64,000 bases of DNA, from positions 124,001 through 188,000 of the forward strand of contig OZ025731.1 in the NCBI GenBank assembly GCA_964019335.1, written 5' to 3'. Source of the DNA: Diplonema japonicum. Taxonomy: Eukaryota; Protista; Euglenozoa: Diplonemea. Shown here in pieces: positions 21,189-32,022 of the stretch; within the stretch, counting starts at the first letter, position 1; each line of letters begins with the position of its first letter. The notes below the pieces were generated by a model. The model saw nothing but the letters and a program-made list of their open reading frames with translations, searched no databases and had not been told where the DNA came from. A program made the translations under genes and the position numbers.

Positions 21189-21683
21189 ATGAACCTGAGC
21201 GATTTGAGCGATCTAAGCAGTACAGGTATTGTTTTTTTTTTTTTTAACCCACAACCCCTTCACACAGCCAAGGCAGCGATTCAACAGTTAATAGATAATG
21301 AAAAAGAGAAGAAAAAACAAATTAGAACCAGGACGGGGAAGTGCGTGGTGGGGGAGAGGGACACGGATATCGTAGTGCAAGCCTTTGCGGACTATTACAT
21401 GGTGGTGGCGACGATGCTCCCTGTACCGGGACTGGTGCTGGAGTGCGAGGGATCCTCGGTGGAGGGCCAGCCAACCGCAGATTACGATGTGAGAACCCTC
21501 TTGGGGTCAGAAAACCTCGCGCTCAACGTCGTTGGCAGACAGCTCGTGCAGAAAACCGCCGAAACCAGCCAAAAGAAAATTCTCCTCTACCTCGGAGTCC
21601 ACCCATCACTCACAGAACCAGGCACGGCGAAAACTACAATCAAAGAACTGTTAGTGGCCATCGACTCATGCAGGATGTGGTAG
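21189..21683 (+). CDS. PSMG3: Proteasome assembly chaperone 3 (PAC3); probable in-frame intron 21226-21267
   Basis: TDIVVQAFADYYMVVAT...YDVRTLLG...ILLYLG...CRMW aligns with PAC3 (TQVVCTAFSSHILVVVT...TKVLLG...CQVW). Confidence 0.8.
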   Translation: MNLSDLSDLSSTGIVFFFFNPQPLHTAKAAIQQLIDNEKEKKKQIRTRTGKCVVGERDTDIVVQAFADYYMVVATMLPVPGLVLECEGSSVEGQPTADYDVRTLLGSENLALNVVGRQLVQKTAETSQKKILLYLGVHPSLTEPGTAKTTIKELLVAIDSCRMW

Positions 21684-21830
21684 AATTCGAACGGGAAAAA
21701 AAAACGGGATTTCTTCCCCCCCCCCCTTTTTTTTGAGAAAAACTACAAATACGACGCGAATTTGGATTTTCCAAACTCTGTAGAAGGGGGGGAACAAAAA
21801 AGAAAAAAAAAAGAAAAAAAGAAAAACACG

Positions 21831-24440
21831 ATGGCAGCACCCTCCACGGGTGAATTCGTCCCGCGTAAAGGGAACGATTTCTCCTATGTGAGCGATGTGA
21901 ACCCGTTGCTGCAGTGCGGCCTGTGCACGGGTGCGCTCTATCAACCGCAGGAAACTGAGTGCGAGCATTATTTCTGCAGGATGTGTCTCGAGGCAAATCT
22001 CACGGCAATGGGAGCTTGCCCAACATGCCCGTCTTGCAGCGAACCCCTCAGCTTGAAAACCCCCTTTAAAAAAACCACGAGGATAGTGAAGGAACTAACA
22101 GGGGAGCTTTTGGTAAGATGCACCCGGACAGCCTACAACACCATCTGCGGGGTCATTTACAAACGGGACGAGTTCACGGACCATCTCAAATCTTGCGAGA
22201 AGAAACTAATCCCTTGCCCGCGGTGCAACGACATGATATATAGAATGGACCTGCGATCTCACGAGTCACAGTGTGTTCAAGGAGCTGGGTTCGGGATGAA
22301 AGAAGATATTCCTGAAGCTTTGAACAGCAGCCAGAAGAATTTCGGGTCTGGCGGGTGGAAGTTCAACGCGTCACCACAGCACCAGCATCAGCACCAGCAC
22401 CAGCCACAGCAACATCAAAGTAACATGGAAATCGATTCCCCTGGAAAGGGTTTTGCGTTCAACCCTCCGAGTGCAATGCCAGACCTCAACACCCCACCCT
22501 TGTCAGAAGTACCTGTCGGGTTTGAGATAGGAACGTCGAAATCCACATCGAACAAAAGAAGGAGTTTAAAACACAGAACGCACCGTAGTTCCGCGTGTCC
22601 CGCAACGACGGATGTGTCGATGAGCCCTCCACCAACACCAGCGTCTCCAAAACTCCCACCGTTTGCCGAGAAAAAGGAGAACAACAACACCGACAGCAAC
22701 ATGTGGTCGTCCGAATCCCCGGTTCAAAACACACCCGTGCTGCCCCCCGCGGATTTAAAACAACAACAACAACAACAACAACAACAAGATGAGGTCCGGC
22801 CGACCCCGCCGAAAAGCCCGCAAATGGTCCCCATGGAACCCGTATTGAAACCGGTGAAGAAGAAGGAAGCGTCCGTCCGGAGAACCTCCAAAGAGAAAAC
22901 ATCGAAAAAGCTGAAAATGATGGGTGACGACGCGTATGAGAAGGGTGACTACGACACGGCAATAGATATGTGGTCGCAAGCAGTGGACATGGACGATGGG
23001 ACGACGAAGCTAACAGTGGTGTTTGGGAACAGATCAGCGGCGAGGTTCATGTCGCAGCAATACAACGAATGCATCACGGACTGCAAAGCCGCGCTGGAAG
23101 AAGATCGTTCCAACGCAAAGCTCTGGAACAGAATGGCAAAGGCCGCATGCAGCATGGGCAAAATCGACCTTGCAATACGTCTCTTAAAAACAGCCCTCCA
23201 AGACCCAAAACTCCGCGAAAAAGGCGGCAAAGATCTGGACTCCGTTGAACGTGAACTACTCACCTGCCAAACGGTGCTCAGAGCCCTCGACCACACTGCC
23301 TCGCTCCTCGCTGACAAAAAGCACCACGAGGCTGAGTCGGAACTCAACGTTTTCGTTGCAAAGTACAGCGACTGGCCACAAGTCATCATTGGTCTGTCAA
23401 GAATATTCGTCGCAAAACAACAATCCGACCAAGCATTGAGCATCATAGATAAACCACTAGCAGTTGCTTCTGCAAAACCCGGCGCGTTGGATTCAAGCAT
23501 GCTGACTGAAGCGTTACTTGTAAAGTGCACTGCGCTCTACCTTAAAGGCTTTGACAAGATGAAGGAAGCGATTAAGGTCGCGCAGGACGGGCTGTCCATC
23601 TCCCCTGACAACAAGGATCTCGCCGACCTCGCGAAGCGGTGCAAGATTCTCGAGGAGCGCAAGGAAAAAGGAAACGAGAAGTTCCGGTGTAAAGAATGGG
23701 TTAAATCAGCACAATTGTACACCGAAGGGTTAGAGATAGCTGGCGACTGTCCTGAAATTGCGAAGGTCCTGCACACGAACCGAGCAGCGGCGAGGAAAGA
23801 AATGAAACAATACAAACTCGCGGTTGATGACTGCACACATGCGTTGGGCTACGATCCAAAGTATTTTTTAAACAAAAAAAAACAAAAAAAAAAAAAAAAA
23901 AAAGGTTTGCAAGAGCGTATACACGAAGGGGGCGTTGTCACATTGAGTTGAACGATTTTGAAAAAGCGATTACCGATTTTAAAGCGGCGCAACGTACGGG
24001 AGGGCCCAGTCAGGATCTCACGGACATGCTTCGAGACGCAGAGCGACGTAAAGATGCAAAAGTTGATTTCTACTCGTTGCTGGGTGCCTCCCACAGCTTC
24101 AATGGGAACTGTGAAAAAACCATGAAAGAGCTCAAATCGAAGTACAAGGAGTTGTGCTTACGCTGGCACCCGGACAAGATTCGAACAAATTCCGAGGACG
24201 AGCGCAAGGAGGCGGAGAAAAAGATTAAACAAATAAACGAGGCGTACGCAACCCTCACAGACCCCCAGAGACGGAGGGAGTACGACAAGACTCTAATGTT
24301 GAGAAGGTCGAACTCTGCTGCTAGCTTTTCGCACTCGTTCAGTCATTTTGGGGTATGCGAAGTAGAAGAAAAAAAAAAAAAAAAAGAAGGCCTCGCGGTA
24401 TGGCGCCGGTTACGGGTACAGCAGCTATGGTGGGTTGTAA
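21831..24440 (+). CDS. RING/TRAF-type Zn finger + TPR repeats + J domain protein (DNAJC7-like); introns 23861-23904 and 24353-24389
   Basis: C3HC4 RING (CGLC..CEHYFCRMC..CPTC), TRAF-like Zn fingers, TPRs (NRSAA, NRAAA), J domain WHPDK; splicing restores YDPK|FARAYTRRG. Confidence 0.88.
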
Positions 24441-24558
24441 GGATGGGATAAAGAATGTTTTTTTTTTTTTTTTTTTTTTTTTTTTCGATAGATAGAATTT
24501 TTTTTTTTTTTTGCGAAAAAAAAGGAGGGGAAGGTTTTTAGTTTCATAGCTTTTTTTT

Positions 24559-24596
<38 letters not shown>

Positions 24597-24815
24597 CCGT
24601 TGCGCACTTGTAACAGAGCGCTAGAAAGAAGGGAAAAGAAAATAGTTTCCCCCACCCCCCCAGTATCAGTAGGAAGCCGAAAGAAGATAAAGAAGAAGAG
24701 AAGAAAAAAAAAAATGAATGGAGAATAATTGGCAGGTGGTAGCTTGCTATTTTTACTTTGATGCCCTATATGTGAAATATTCATGGAGTTGACTTTACAA
24801 GAATCCATTCTCACC

Positions 24816-24860
<45 letters not shown>

Positions 24861-25208
24861 CCTTCTACCGCGCCCGGCCCCTTTTCCCTTCATGTTTATT
24901 ATACCGTTGTAGATCTTCCCATGTCCTTTCCCCCTCCCCCCCTTTTTTTTCTAGGTGAGAGAGGGGGGGACAGCACCTTATTTTTATATTTTATTTTTAA
25001 AGAATTTCCCGCCACCCATGTCTCTTTAGTAGCTGTTAAAAAAAACTTTTTTTTTCTCTTTTACTTATTGTCCATTCCATGTTTCTAATTTCACTTTCTT
25101 CGGCCCTCCCCTTTTTTTTCTTCTTTTCTTTTCTTTTATTTTTTTTGAGGAAAAGTAGAACAAACACCTTTTGAAGTTCAGGCTGATATTTTGGCCGTGC
25201 CAGCACAC

Positions 25209-25293
25209 ATGATGACAAACCCAAACCCATCGGTGTGTACGAATTCTGATCTTCTGAATTGAGGACAACTTCTTCTTTCGACGGGCGGACTGA
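25209..25293 (+). ncRNA. Box C/D snoRNA family A copy
   Basis: Matches 16679-16763. Confidence 0.88.
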
Positions 25294-25436
25294 CCTACCA
25301 AAAGAAACGAGCAAAGGAAAGAAACCCCGTGACACGATCTGCGGTTCAAGAATCAAGGCAGATGCTCTGTTCTGCTTTGTTTCCACCCCCGCTGTAGAAA
25401 CCCTACCCCACACATCCTAACTAAATTCCTGGCAGC

Positions 25437-25516
25437 ATGATGAGGACTATTCCTTCAAACGTTTCCTGTTAGCTTGATCGACCAAGATGACACATTTTTT
25501 ACTCAGCTCACTCTGA
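25437..25516 (+). ncRNA. Box C/D snoRNA family C copy
   Basis: Family C with a small change upstream of the D guide. Confidence 0.85.
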
Positions 25517-25561
25517 ATCTCTCCTCCCCTGGGCTTTTTAAAAAAAGATGAAAAGGAGAAC

Positions 25562-25664
25562 ATGATGACAGAAATCTGGATCCAACACGGACGACCCCCT
25601 ATTCTTAAAGGGCCCGGCTGAAAGATAAGCCCTTATTTCAAAACCGAGCTTTTTAACAGCCTGA
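25562..25664 (+). ncRNA. Box C/D snoRNA family B2 copy
   Basis: Ends AACAGCCTGA. Confidence 0.87.
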
Positions 25665-25793
25665 CCCATCCTAACTTAATTTCTGGTAACATGATGAGGA
25701 CTATTCCTTCAAACGTTTCCTGTTAGCTCTGTTCTGCTTTGTTTCCACCCCCGCTGTAGAACAGCTGTCTTGACATTTCTTTTTTTGGACTAA

Positions 25794-25903
25794 ATGATGA
25801 CAGAAATCTGGATCCAACACGGACGGTCCCCTTTTTTTTAAAAAAAAAGGGTACCGGCTGAAAGATAAACCCTTATTTCAAAATACGAGCTTTTTAACCC
25901 TGA
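25794..25903 (+). ncRNA. Box C/D snoRNA family B1 copy
   Basis: Ends AACCCTGA. Confidence 0.87.
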
Positions 25904-25958
25904 TATTACAGCGAAGCATTTGTGGCTGTCTGTTTGCCCCATTTCCCCCCAGCTCCTT

Positions 25959-26037
25959 GTGATTACAACCTTACGTTCGTTATATTTTTTTTCATTGACA
26001 CAAACCACGTGAAAACTTATTATGGTCGAGATCATGA
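25959..26037 (+). ncRNA. Box C/D snoRNA family D copy
   Basis: Matches 16335-16413. Confidence 0.6.
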
Positions 26038-26098
26038 AGGACAGCACACGCCTTTTCTTCTCTCTTCCCTTTCTTCCCTTCCCTCCCGTTGTTTTGAG

Positions 26099-26213
26099 GT
26101 GATGATACCTGGACTCTACCGCCCTAGCCAATCTGAAGATCTTCAAACAATCGCTTGTTGAGCAACGATTCCTATCAAATACCCTACCTGACTTCTGATC
26201 GCAGGGGTTCTGA
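26099..26213 (+). ncRNA. Box C/D snoRNA family E copy
   Basis: Matches 16475-16589. Confidence 0.65.
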
Positions 26214-26251
26214 GGGGTCCTTCTTTTCATGAGACGAAGAAAGAACTCCCA

Positions 26252-26318
26252 GCAGACAGTTGAGTCGCTTCCATTTCTCGTTGATACTTGTGAAGTGAAT
26301 TATGCTTCTGCGAGAGGT
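26252..26318 (+). ncRNA. Single-hairpin AGA-box pseudouridylation guide RNA (damaged copy 29376-29436)
   Basis: GCAGA/TCTGC lower stem, internal pocket, TCGCTTC/GAAGTGA upper stem, then AGA+3 nt. Confidence 0.65.
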
Positions 26319-26400
26319 GTCTTGCTGGTGCCCTTTACCTCTCGTTTGCTCCCCGCTGTAGAAACCCTACCCCACACATCCTAACTAAATTCCCAACAAC

Positions 26401-26481
26401 ATGATGAGGACTATTCCTTCAAACGTTTCCTGTTAGCTTGATCGACCAAGATGACACATTTTAACACTCAGCTCACTCTGA
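26401..26481 (+). ncRNA. Box C/D snoRNA family C copy
   Basis: Matches 17110-17190. Confidence 0.87.
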
Positions 26482-26542
26482 TTTTTAGCTTAATATTTTC
26501 GGTTCACGGGGTGAAACAAACGTAGAGAAATATCAAAAAGAA

Positions 26543-26647
26543 ATGATGACAGAAATCTGGATCCAACACGGACGACCCCTCTTTTTTTAAAGGGGCCCGG
26601 CTGAAAGACAAACCCTTATTTCAAAACCGAGCTTTTTAACAGCCTGA
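26543..26647 (+). ncRNA. Box C/D snoRNA family B2 copy
   Basis: Ends AACAGCCTGA. Confidence 0.87.
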
Positions 26648-26702
26648 TTCACTTCTTTTTCTTTCGCTTCCCAGTTCTTTTCTCTGGAGCTCCTCGCCAA
26701 CA

Positions 26703-26773
26703 CCCTTGCATCGCTCTGCTCTGTTCACGACCTTCACCCGTACAGATGACAGATGAACTACAGGGGGAGATAC
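26703..26773 (+). ncRNA. Single-hairpin AGA-box guide RNA candidate (partial copy about 29486-29525)
   Basis: CCCTTG/CAGGGG lower stem, TCTG..TCTGT/ACAGA..CAGA upper stem, then AGA+3 nt. Confidence 0.55.
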
Positions 26774-27004
26774 CTTTATCCCGCACATTCTTTTCCTTAA
26801 TATTATAGACAGCGACAAGGCTGTAGAAGAACTGCACGTGTGCTAGGGGCACCCGGTGGCCCTGAGCTGATGGTGAATTTTCTCGACGAGCAAGCTGACA
26901 TGGGCAGGCTTCTCTCAGGCTTCAATAAAACTTTAACTGCTAAAACAGATACACATTGAGAAAAAAAAAGAAGAAGAAAAAAAAAAAAGAAAAAGAAACC
27001 AACA

Positions 27005-28018
27005 ATGCAGATGCTGTACCTTGCTCTTTTCGCTGTGGGTGTGGCGGTATCGGAAGGAACGGAGCAGAACGCGCAGGAGGACCGTGTCGGGGAGAAGGTG
27101 GCGGAGGATGTGTCGAAGGGGGCAGTGAGCGCGAACATGCTCGGGGGGACCTTGTGGGATTGGGACCGATGCGTGGCGGAGCCGTGCAAGGAAGGGGAGG
27201 GGGACTGCGACTCGGATGCGGAGTGCAAGGCTGGGCTGACGTGCGGGCACAACAACTGCAAGACGATGCACCCTGCGGAGGCGGACCTGTACATGACGTA
27301 CGCGGACTGCTGCGAGGTGATGCAGCCCTTCCACCTGGACTACTGTCAGGAGAAGCCTGGCTGTGGGTTCGGGGTCGGGGACTGCGACGACGACGACCAA
27401 TGCGGAGCAGGGCTGGTGTGCGGGTACAACAACTGCAGGGCGATGCACGCGAGGACGGACCCCGTGTTGATCCACCACAGAGCCGACTGCTGCACAACTT
27501 GCGCGGCTGTGACTGTGGTGCTGGACGGGATCCCCACCCCTCAACCCCCGATGTCCTTCGTCGGCGGGAAGCTCGTGACAGCTGAGAGGACGCTCGCGAA
27601 CCCTCCGAGTGTGCTGGCAGGGTCCGTGGTCCACAGCCTCCCGTCCCTCTCGTCCGACGATGAGATCAAGCTGGAGTGCTGTGCGAAGAAGAACACCCCG
27701 TGCAACTTCTTCGTTGCGGTCTACCACTGCCCCCCTTGCTCCGCCACCGCCAACGGCGGCATCCCCAACTTCCTCGCTTCCCAAGGATGGAGCGGCTCCT
27801 CCTGCGCTCCGATCTTCACCCCCGCTGGCTCCTCGCAAGCCCAGACCATGACGGTCTTCCAGAAGACCCTCCAGGCGGGCGAGGACCTCACCATCCCCCT
27901 CTCCACAGCTGCCCCTCATGTTGCCGTCTTCACCACCACTGGGGGTGTCGGGGATTGGTGCCCCAACAGGGTGGCCACCGGCACCAAGGGTCCCAACAGA
28001 CCTTGCGTGTGCCTTTGA
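27005..28018 (+). CDS. Secreted cysteine-rich protein, copy 1
   Basis: Signal peptide; two GxGDCDxDxxCxxGLxCGxNNC repeats; Cys-rich C-terminal domain. Confidence 0.85.
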   Translation: MQMLYLALFAVGVAVSEGTEQNAQEDRVGEKVAEDVSKGAVSANMLGGTLWDWDRCVAEPCKEGEGDCDSDAECKAGLTCGHNNCKTMHPAEADLYMTYADCCEVMQPFHLDYCQEKPGCGFGVGDCDDDDQCGAGLVCGYNNCRAMHARTDPVLIHHRADCCTTCAAVTVVLDGIPTPQPPMSFVGGKLVTAERTLANPPSVLAGSVVHSLPSLSSDDEIKLECCAKKNTPCNFFVAVYHCPPCSATANGGIPNFLASQGWSGSSCAPIFTPAGSSQAQTMTVFQKTLQAGEDLTIPLSTAAPHVAVFTTTGGVGDWCPNRVATGTKGPNRPCVCL

Positions 28019-28560
28019 GAGGGAGGGAGAGAGGGAGAGAGAGTGAGGCGTGCCAAATAGAGTTTCTGAAAACCCTTTCTCCCCCGTTCGTCTTCTCTCA
28101 GCAGAAGGGCGGCGGTGGAGAAAACCTTTATTCTATGATTTATCATTCCTCTGGAATGTCCCTTTTCTTTTCTTTTTTTCGCTGTGTCACATACTGCATG
28201 GCACCACTAAAATCGAGACTACCTTTTTTTCTTTCTCATTTACTTACCTAAGTTAACTTCCTCTCTTTCCCCTCCCTTTTTTTTTAGCTTGGCCCCACAA
28301 GACGGGGGCCTCTGCTGAAGAAATGCGATGAAGAGGGATCTGTTGATAGCTTCCAAAAAATGCGAAAGTTATTGAGCCGTCTTCTTCTTCTTCTTCTTCT
28401 TCTTTCTTTTCTCATTTCTTATTACTTTTTGTTCGCTGTTGGGGGGGGGGGGGGGGGGGGCAAGATACATTATCGTCTTGCATTCACTATTGCTAAATGA
28501 AGACAGAAATCTGGATCCAACACAAGCGCCTTTGTTTAGCCCTTGAAGCCGTGCCAGCAC

Positions 28561-28645
28561 ATGATGACAAACCCAAACCCATCGGTGTGTACGAATTCTG
28601 ATCTTCTGAATTGAGGACAACTTCTTCTTTCGACGGGCGGACTGA
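28561..28645 (+). ncRNA. Box C/D snoRNA family A copy
   Basis: Matches 16679-16763. Confidence 0.88.
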
Positions 28646-28782
28646 CCTACCAAAAGAAACGAGCAAAGGAAAGAAACCCCGTGACACGATCCGCGGTTCA
28701 AGAATCAAGGCAGATGCTCTGTTCTGCTTTGTTTCCACCCCCGCTGTAGAACAGCTGTCTTGACATTTCTTTTTTGGACTAA

Positions 28783-28894
28783 ATGATGACAGAAATCTGG
28801 ATCCAACACGGACGGTCCCCTTTTTAAAAAAAAAAAAAAGGGTACCGGCTGAAAGATAAACCCTTATTTCAAAATACGAGCTTTTTAACCCTGA
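28783..28894 (+). ncRNA. Box C/D snoRNA family B1 copy
   Basis: Ends AACCCTGA. Confidence 0.87.
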
Positions 28895-28949
28895 TATTAC
28901 AGCGAAGCATTTGTGGCTGTCTGTTTGCCCCATTTCCCCTCAGCTCCTT

Positions 28950-29026
28950 GTGATTACAACCTTACGTTCGTTATATTTTTTCATTGACACAAACCACGTG
29001 AAAACTTATTATGGTCGAGATCTTGA
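28950..29026 (+). ncRNA. Box C/D snoRNA family D copy
   Basis: As 16335-16413, with D box TTGA. Confidence 0.6.
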
Positions 29027-29122
29027 AGGACAGCACACGCCTTTTCGTGGTTCGTGTCGCTGACAGCTGCCAAGCTGAAAAGACTGGACTAGGATAAGAT
29101 TTTTGTTACTCTTGTTGTTTGC

Positions 29123-29203
29123 ATGATGAGGACTATTCCTTCAAACGTTTCCTGTTAGCTTGATCGACCAAGATGACACATTTTAACACTCAGCTCACTC
29201 TGA
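29123..29203 (+). ncRNA. Box C/D snoRNA family C copy
   Basis: Matches 17110-17190. Confidence 0.87.
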
Positions 29204-29625
29204 AACCCCTTTCTATTTGCTCCAGTGAGCGCGAACATGCACGCCACTGTTCAGAAATTTGACGGACGCCCCCCCCCCCCTTTTTTTAAAGCCCGGCTGA
29301 AAGGTTTTTCCCCCACGCGTTGAATACACGCGTTCATAAAAAAAAAAAAAAAAAAAAAAAAACAAAGAAATCCCAGCAGACAGTTGAGTCGCTTCCATTT
29401 CTCGTTGATACTTGTGAAGTGAATTATGCGAGAGGTGTGGTAAGACGAGCCCTTGCAGGGAAGAAGTGTGACAAGGTTACCAACACCCTTGCATCGCTCT
29501 GCTCTGTTCACGACCTTCACCTGTATCGGTGCCCCACATCAACGCGGGAGAAAAAACAAAAAGGGAAAAAAAAAAAAAAAATAACCATAGGAAATACACA
29601 CACAAAAAAAGGGGGGGGGGGGGGA

Positions 29626-30975
29626 ATGAGCGAAGTCATAACCCTACATATCGGCCAAGCTGGCTGCCAGATTGGGAATGCCTGTTGGGAGCTGCTCTGC
29701 TGGGAACATGGCCTCAGAGCTAACGGTTGTGCTGATCCCGATGACGACGAGGACTATAGGTTAAGCACCTTCTTCAGTGACTTAGGCACTGGGAAGTACT
29801 CCCCGCGTTCAGTGTACGTGGACCTGGAGCCCACGGTGATAGACGAGGTGCGGACGGGGACCTACAGACACTTGTTCCACCCCGATAACCTCATCTCCGG
29901 GAAGGAAGATGCTGCCAACAATTATTCCCGCGGCTACAGTACTGTCGGGAAAGAATTCAAGGATGTCACCATGGACAGGATCAGGAGGCTCACAGAAGAC
30001 TGCACCTCCCTACAGGGCTTCATGATCTTCAACGCTATCGGCGGCGGAACAGGATCAGGCCTTGGATCCCTGCTCCTGGAGCGTCTCTCTGTTGAGTACG
30101 GGCCTAAAAAGCTGAAGTTCGGCTTCGCGGTGTACCCTTCGCCCAATATCTCGACAGCGGTGGTGGAGCCCTACAACAGTGTACTGGCGGGCCACTCCCT
30201 CTTGGAGCACACGGACGTTACAGTAATGCTGGACAACGAGGCCATCTACAACATCGCCAGGAGGAACCTCGATGTCGAGAAGCCCACCTACCTCAACCTG
30301 AACCGTCTGGTAGCACAGGTGGTGAGCTCCGTCACAGCCTCGCTTCGCTTCGAAGGTGCGCTGAACGCGACCCTCAACGACATCCAAACCAACCTAATCC
30401 CCTACCCGAGGATACATTTCTTACTCTCCTCCTATGCACCTATAATATCTCCTGAGAAAGCCTACTTTGAGAGGCAAACTGTTCAAAAGATCACGAAGGC
30501 TGTCTTCGATCCCTCGGCGATGATGGCAAGCTGCGACCCCCGCCACGGGAAGTACATGGCGTGTTGTCTGATGTACCGTGGTGACGTGCTTCCATCAGAG
30601 GTGAACGCTTCTGTGGCTGCCATCAAGGGCATCCGGCGAATCGAGTTCGTGAATTGGGTCCCAACCGGGTTTAAGTGTGGAATCAACTACATGCCTCCCC
30701 CAGCAATTCCTGGTGGGGACCTTGCCAGGATGCAGAGGTCCTTGTGCATGCTCTCTAACACCAATGCCGTTGCTGAGGTGTTCGCTAGAATCGATCACAA
30801 GTTCGATCTCCTGTACTCGAAGCGTGCCTTCGTGCACTGGTACGTGGGTGAAGGTATCGATGAAGGCGCGTTCTCCGAGGCACGTGAGGACATGGCCGCC
30901 TTAGAGAAGGATTACGAAGGAGACCACAACTGCCACTGCTGCTGCGATGGAGAAGAAGATGTTGAGGAATACTAA
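29626..30975 (+). CDS. TUBA: Divergent alpha-tubulin
   Basis: [41 protein letters not shown] and terminal EEY. Confidence 0.95.
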   Translation: MSEVITLHIGQAGCQIGNACWELLCWEHGLRANGCADPDDDEDYRLSTFFSDLGTGKYSPRSVYVDLEPTVIDEVRTGTYRHLFHPDNLISGKEDAANNYSRGYSTVGKEFKDVTMDRIRRLTEDCTSLQGFMIFNAIGGGTGSGLGSLLLERLSVEYGPKKLKFGFAVYPSPNISTAVVEPYNSVLAGHSLLEHTDVTVMLDNEAIYNIARRNLDVEKPTYLNLNRLVAQVVSSVTASLRFEGALNATLNDIQTNLIPYPRIHFLLSSYAPIISPEKAYFERQTVQKITKAVFDPSAMMASCDPRHGKYMACCLMYRGDVLPSEVNASVAAIKGIRRIEFVNWVPTGFKCGINYMPPPAIPGGDLARMQRSLCMLSNTNAVAEVFARIDHKFDLLYSKRAFVHWYVGEGIDEGAFSEAREDMAALEKDYEGDHNCHCCCDGEEDVEEY

Positions 30976-31712
30976 AGAAGAAGAAGAAGAAGAAGAAGAA
31001 GAAAACTCCCTTGCCCGACCTTTTTTTTCCCTTTTTTTTTCTGTTCTTTTACAGCTTCCCTACGTTCACTTATTTACCCCGACCGAGGGCCTTACAAACA
31101 CTTTTTTTTTCTCTTTTTTTTTTTCTTGTAGTACACGACCCTTAATGGTGTACCCCTCACCAGGTGGTCCCTGAGACGGGGTGCTGTTGATGAACTCCTT
31201 CGAGAGCACCCTGGTGGGGGGGAAGGGGGGGGTGCTGCTATGGCTCAGGTCCTCACCCCTCTTTATTTTTTTTTCTGAACATTCCTGGAGTGTTGTTTTG
31301 TATTAGTTTCCTTTTCTCTCTCTTCTGATACCGTATTCGTAAAAGACTGCTACACGACATGTCACGGAATAAATAAATAAAAAATAATTAATAAAAATAA
31401 GGAAAAATGTTTAAAATGCAATTTTAAGGCTTGAAAGCATAAAAGTGGTGCACATACACACTTGTGACCCCTGGGTATAACCCCAGGGTGAGGTCTGCTA
31501 AAAGTACTCCCAGAAAAATAACCGGTTGTTTAAGCCCCATTTTTTGCTTTTTCGAGGGGTTTTGGTCTAAAATGATTTTCCTGAAAACCCAATTCTTAAC
31601 ACTTGCCTGGTCAACATCGGTATCTTTGGGGCCAAATATGCATTCTCTATCCATCTGCTGAGGTTTGTCATTTTTTGGCGGGCCGTTGCTAACCACTTCG
31701 TTCCTATCATAG

Positions 31713-31751
<39 letters not shown>

Positions 31752-32022
31752 GAACAAGTAAACAAATTTTTGAAAAGAATTGTTATTGCAAAAAAGAGTA
31801 GAGGCAGCTTGTCCGTCTATCCCTGCTGTAGGTGAAAACGGCTTTGCACAAACAATCAGCCGACTCTTTTTTTTTTTTTTTACTCATGACAAATAAACAA
31901 CAAGACTACTTTTTGTACTTAAAAATCTTCCGAGGGCTTTTTCGTTGCAAAAGAAGAAATCTTTTTTTTCTTAATTAATTTTGACACAGGTTGGGGGAGA
32001 AGAGGAAAAAAAAAAAAAAAAA

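Noticed and set aside
21287-21325. Possible second in-frame A-rich intron in PSMG3
   Set aside because: The donor GTTAAT differs from the GTAT seen elsewhere and the frame is open either way; cannot be decided without cDNA
26933-27919. Long antisense ORFs over GC-rich genes (also 44789-45964, 54426-55445, 58371-59849)
   Set aside because: Shadow frames of high-GC coding sequence with no recognisable motifs
31430-31670. Short palindromes such as CCCTGGG..CCCAGGG (similar GGGTTAACCC-type motifs near 10150 and 63005)
   Set aside because: No shared termini or colinear similarity could be established
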